DNA of 64,000 nucleotides from a virus (taxonomy: Duplodnaviria > Heunggongvirae > Uroviricota > Caudoviricetes). Within the stretch, counting starts at the first letter, position 1. Each line of letters opens with the position of its first letter. The notes below the pieces were generated by a model. It saw only the letters and a list, made by a program, of their open reading frames with translations. It made no database searches and was not told the DNA's origin. Position numbers and translations under genes: made by a program. Below are positions 60,142 through 64,000 of this stretch, piece after piece. The stretch is from positions 20,407 to 84,406 of the IMG/VR virus record IMGVR_UViG_3300038393_003162; one strand, 5' to 3'.

Positions 60142-60636
60142 TCAGGGACATTCGTCATAGAGCAGGTCGATGTCGTAACCCTCGCCTTTCAAGTAGCGCC
60201 GTTCTTCGAGGATCGCAGCAGCCAGTTGGGCATCATCAGTCTGAAGGCATCGCACCAGGGCGTCGTATTTCCTCACAGCATTGTCATAGTCGCGGCGAAT
60301 GTCGGCGAACTTGCGGACCTGCTGATATGCTTCCTCGTATCCCTCGTCGGACGACTTCATCTGCATGAACGCGGATTGATCGATCGGACAGGGCTTGGGT
60401 TTTTCGGGAGGCACCAGTTTATGGGTCGCGTTTTTGCCGCAAAAACGCATCTTGAGGACCGAGAGGGCGGCACGACCGCGATCCTCGTCCGTGGTGATGT
60501 CGAGATAAATCGGATGATAATCCAGCACCAAGACCGGCACACCGTCCTGCGTGATGGGTTCGCCCGTTTCGTCGCGAGCTTGGACAACCTTGGGATTGCA
60601 CTTGAGAATCATCATTTTCCGAATGCCCGTCGCCAT
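60142..60636 (-). CDS. Hypothetical protein
   Basis: 164-aa ORF with AGGAGG RBS. Confidence 0.7.
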   Translation of the reverse strand: MATGIRKMMILKCNPKVVQARDETGEPITQDGVPVLVLDYHPIYLDITTDEDRGRAALSVLKMRFCGKNATHKLVPPEKPKPCPIDQSAFMQMKSSDEGYEEAYQQVRKFADIRRDYDNAVRKYDALVRCLQTDDAQLAAAILEERRYLKGEGYDIDLLYDECP

Positions 60637-60724
60637 GATTCATCCTCCTTGTTCTAAAATCCATTGGCAGGACTCAGTATTCAAGTATACCAAATCCTGC
60701 CAATGGTGTGAACCCGAATTGACC

Positions 60725-61330
60725 TTACTTTGGCAATTGCTGGAGTTGTGTCAGGAATTGGATCGCGAGCCGGGCTGCTTCGATCCCGCCGAGTTCTTCG
60801 CACAACTCCAGCAAATCCAGGACAACTTGCGACGAGCCACAGGTCGTGATGCCCTGCGAGAGCCGGATCATCTGCCGAAGGAATTTCACGTTGGCAGAGA
60901 CATCTGGTTCGACTGTCTGTGGCGAGATCGGCGGGACCTCGGGGATGTCCTCAGCCACGGGTCGGGGCTGTTCTCTTTCAGCCATCCATTCATCCCTGTA
61001 CTTCTTGATGGAATTGTCGTATACCGTGGACCCCGTACTCGTCTTGATATATTTGCGGATTTCACTATTGGTGAATTCGGGATATTGGTCCAGGACTTTG
61101 TAGATCTGATTCTTGATATCCTGCGATGGCGTCCTGGTCCGCTTCTTCTCGGACGAATAATCCTTGCTGGAGATCCACGCCTTGCGATGGTTGTCGATGC
61201 TGGTGTAGTTAGACTGCACGCCCGATTGCCGCCTGATTTCCTTCTGGATCTGGCTGGTCGTCAACTCGGGGTTCTTGTCCAGGATATTGAACACCTGCGT
61301 TTTGCGAATCTGGCTGATGGTGCTGGGCAT
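60725..61330 (-). CDS. Protein with a duplicated small helical (HTH-like) domain
   Basis: QVFNILDKNPELTTSQI / QIYKVLDQYPEFTNSEI. Confidence 0.7.
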   Translation of the reverse strand: MPSTISQIRKTQVFNILDKNPELTTSQIQKEIRRQSGVQSNYTSIDNHRKAWISSKDYSSEKKRTRTPSQDIKNQIYKVLDQYPEFTNSEIRKYIKTSTGSTVYDNSIKKYRDEWMAEREQPRPVAEDIPEVPPISPQTVEPDVSANVKFLRQMIRLSQGITTCGSSQVVLDLLELCEELGGIEAARLAIQFLTQLQQLPK

Positions 61331-61363
61331 GCTGATCTCGTCCTTCCGAATGAGGTTACTTGA

Positions 61364-61645
61364 TTAAAGGCAGGGGACACCTTCAATTATGCCGTTTGCC
61401 TTCAAGGCACCAATGTGCTTGCAATCCACTCGCTTCTTCAGCCAATCGGGACAATTACAAGTACAGTGACCGTTGATGCCTTCTTCAACCACGTAACTTG
61501 TTTCGGTCACGTTGTTCTTGTACTTGTAGAGAACCACTCGCATCTTACAATCGCTGGGTCGATCAATCTTGATGCGATAGTCGGTATCCTGTTCGTACTG
61601 CGTGATCCGGAGCCACAACGAACACGATCGTTTTTTGAAAGTCAT
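61364..61645 (-). CDS. SWIM zinc-finger protein
   Basis: CTCNCPD...DCKHI. Confidence 0.8.
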   Translation of the reverse strand: MTFKKRSCSLWLRITQYEQDTDYRIKIDRPSDCKMRVVLYKYKNNVTETSYVVEEGINGHCTCNCPDWLKKRVDCKHIGALKANGIIEGVPCL

Positions 61646-61658
61646 AGGGACTATCCTG

Positions 61659-62260
61659 TTAGACCGATGGTCGGCGTTTCCTTACGATCTTAGTCACACC
61701 TTCAATCGTCTGGAGCCATTCCAATGCTTCCTTGACGGTAGGGACATTCGCTTGTCGCTTCTTTTCAACTCCCTCCCATTCGATCACCGTCCATGCCCCT
61801 TCCGGTGTCCTGCTCGCTCGTCCGAGTTCCAACAAACCCCTCAGAGCCAAGATCAAGAATGTATGCTTGGAACTAGGTCCTTGCCCCTTTGGCTTTCGTT
61901 TGACCTTGGGCTTGACAGGTAAAAACGGGACCAAGGGTTTCACGATCTTAATCCCTGTCTGCTGCTCGTCTAGCCTCTTCTTCTCTACATGCCTATCGAT
62001 CTCGGGAATCAAGCCGGGAGGGATGAGCTTGTAGCGGATCATCGCCGCATAATTCTTCTCCGTGATTCCGAATCCGAAAAACAACTCCTGAAGGGCGTTG
62101 ATGGATTCTCCGATTGATTCCACCGCAATCAACGTCCAAGACAAGGTCCCGTCATATTCACCCTCGACCCAAGCTGGACGACAATTCTTCCAGTAATTCC
62201 ACAGCTTGTGCTGATTTTCGGGAGCGAGCGACCATTTCATGGGAATTACTTTACGCACCA
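61659..62260 (-). CDS. Hypothetical protein
   Basis: ORF; start uncertain (MVRKV or MKWSL). Confidence 0.55.
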
Positions 62261-62536
62261 TGGATCGCTCACTTGATAAACTGTTCGAAATCTTCAGGAC
62301 CGAGCGTTTCGAGGTAATTGGTGGACGGTTTTCTGGTGGATAGTTTTCGGATGATGCGGATTGGACTCTGCTTTGGAGCGGGCGGCTCCAAGTCCTTGGC
62401 AAGCACCTCGACCGGCGAGACTCGTCGATCCCGAAGACCGATCATCCACTTCAAGCCACTCCTGATTTCCAGGATGAGCCTCAGAAGAAGGATGCCGCAA
62501 GAGATCCAGAAAAACGAGTCTCGTCGCATGCTTGAC

Positions 62537-63079
62537 TTATTCTCCAGGAGACGGGATGATACCGCCATTCCCGCAGATTCGCCCATTCGTACATCGTTGT
62601 TTCACCACTTGGGCATACGCTTCAGGCGGCTCGGGCAAATTAGCAGCCGACGCGCCGTGTCGCACCGCATTGATCAAGGGTCTGTAAGTCTTGCCGAACG
62701 TCTGTCGCAGGCAAGAATCGGTCGAACGCCTATACAGGTGACGCATTCGAGTGATGTCGAGACGCCAATATTGCAGGATCTCGTATTTGCTGGGGGTACA
62801 AACCGGTTCGACCTCGACAATCTCGGGCGGTCGCCGGTAGGGGACCGAAGTGGTGGGATTGGGCGTGACCAATTCTTCTCGGACCGGCTCTTGTGGTTCG
62901 ACTATTCGCGGAATCGCGGAAAACCGTTTGGGATCTTGCGAGATAGGAGGTTTGGGAGGAAAAGAAGGGGCATCGTAAGATGGGGGATTTGGGGGCGTTG
63001 TTCCTTTGCTCTCTTCATTCAGAGTGGCAACGACTGTAAGAAGGGCAATCGCACAGATCGCGTCAAAGAGAAGTCGCAT
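62537..63079 (-). CDS. Putative secreted Pro-rich protein
   Basis: MRLLFDAICAIALLTVVA signal after GGAG. Confidence 0.55.
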   Translation of the reverse strand: MRLLFDAICAIALLTVVATLNEESKGTTPPNPPSYDAPSFPPKPPISQDPKRFSAIPRIVEPQEPVREELVTPNPTTSVPYRRPPEIVEVEPVCTPSKYEILQYWRLDITRMRHLYRRSTDSCLRQTFGKTYRPLINAVRHGASAANLPEPPEAYAQVVKQRCTNGRICGNGGIIPSPGE

Positions 63080-63157
63080 GGAAGCGTCTCCCGAAGAAAA
63101 TCGATATCGTTCATCGCCACTTCGCAATACTTTAGCGAACCCCATCGGCAATGTAAA

Positions 63158-64000
63158 TTAAAAAGATTCCCCGAATGCAATATTTTTTCCAAAACATTCG
63201 ACGATCCTTAAGTCGTTACGACTGGAGAAGTAAAGCATCGTGATCGCATCATAGACAAGGGACGGAACCCTCATCGGCTCGACGTCATGTATAGAAAAAT
63301 TATTATTGTATTTTTTAAGCAAATAATGATAAATGTGCCGCCAATGAGCCAGAAATTCTCGATAAACAAACCGATCGCACAGGAACTCATTCCCTGCGAA
63401 GGAAACATCGCCCGCCTTCAATCCAGAAAATTGCTCAATTTCATCCAAATAAACCATGATACCAGGATTTTTCAATTCAAGTTGATGTTTCCAGTGAAGT
63501 CCGGATTCATCATTCCCCACACGGCTACGGACCAACACCCTGGACGGTGACAAGTGATCGCGGATCTGCCCCAAATCGACAAAACTGAGGCAACATCCCA
63601 GATAGGGCGTATGCGAAGTTTCCGCGAGGTTCGACAAGAATATCCGGTTATCGCCCAACGGCTCGCCCTGGTTGTTTCCCAGAGGCAGGGACTCAAGATC
63701 AACGGCTCGCACACAGGAACACGGGATTTTCTCATTGGTCAAGAGGAAGAGGCAGATGTCGCGAGACATACATTCGGAAAGGTTTTCCGGTTCGAGATCG
63801 AATTGGCGATGGACTTCCCAATGAGACCAAGGCTTCGTTTCCCCCTGGAATCTCTGAATGGTCATCAGAGGATGAAGACTGTCGATGATCTCTTCCACTG
63901 AATCACAGACCAATGGACGTGACGACGGCGTGACCGGCATGCTGTAGCGGGCATCGCCGGTCGCCCGGCTTCCATATCCCGCCGCCTCGATCGCCCACAT
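63158..64000 (-). CDS. Hypothetical protein (5' end at or beyond the window edge)
   Basis: 280-codon open frame. Confidence 0.55.
   Translation of the reverse strand: MWAIEAAGYGSRATGDARYSMPVTPSSRPLVCDSVEEIIDSLHPLMTIQRFQGETKPWSHWEVHRQFDLEPENLSECMSRDICLFLLTNEKIPCSCVRAVDLESLPLGNNQGEPLGDNRIFLSNLAETSHTPYLGCCLSFVDLGQIRDHLSPSRVLVRSRVGNDESGLHWKHQLELKNPGIMVYLDEIEQFSGLKAGDVSFAGNEFLCDRFVYREFLAHWRHIYHYLLKKYNNNFSIHDVEPMRVPSLVYDAITMLYFSSRNDLRIVECFGKNIAFGESF

Noticed and set aside
1-64000. Alternative genetic code as in some jumbo phages
   Set aside because: Long genes translate intact with the standard code, and TAA, TAG and TGA all terminate plausible genes.

Overview
The window looks like part of a large (jumbo-type) bacteriophage genome. 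A Planctomycetota host is inferred from a planctomycete cytochrome c domain, a Tat signal and a PrkA-like fragment. 1-20.7 kb is a leftward block of small phage genes (ArdA-like, C5 methylase, ParB-like, AT-hook protein, GHKL ATPase); almost every gene is preceded by a conserved AACCGGAYRCNCCYT element. The block also holds an ~800-nt ORF-free structured region and a tRNA(UAU) with a 71-nt D-loop insertion. 21.9-25.7 kb is a stand-alone type V CRISPR module: a compact 924-aa Cas12b-clade effector with three RuvC motifs, a 9-repeat array with a hairpin repeat, a solo variant repeat and no cas1/2/4. Upstream of cas12 lie 11 divergent proteins sharing a C-terminal KxxLxxAIxxFR helix. A second, orphan 13-repeat array (36.6-37.5 kb) has a different repeat, but its leader carries the same 13-mer at the same offset as the first array's leader. 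The right half holds HREDGPA-repeat proteins, an orphan IS605/TnpB omega-RNA-like end, a putative virion protein, an N1pC/P60 amidase, a secreted c-type cytochrome operon, ArsR and a second Dam-like methylase. All calls come from motif reading by eye; no database searches were run.
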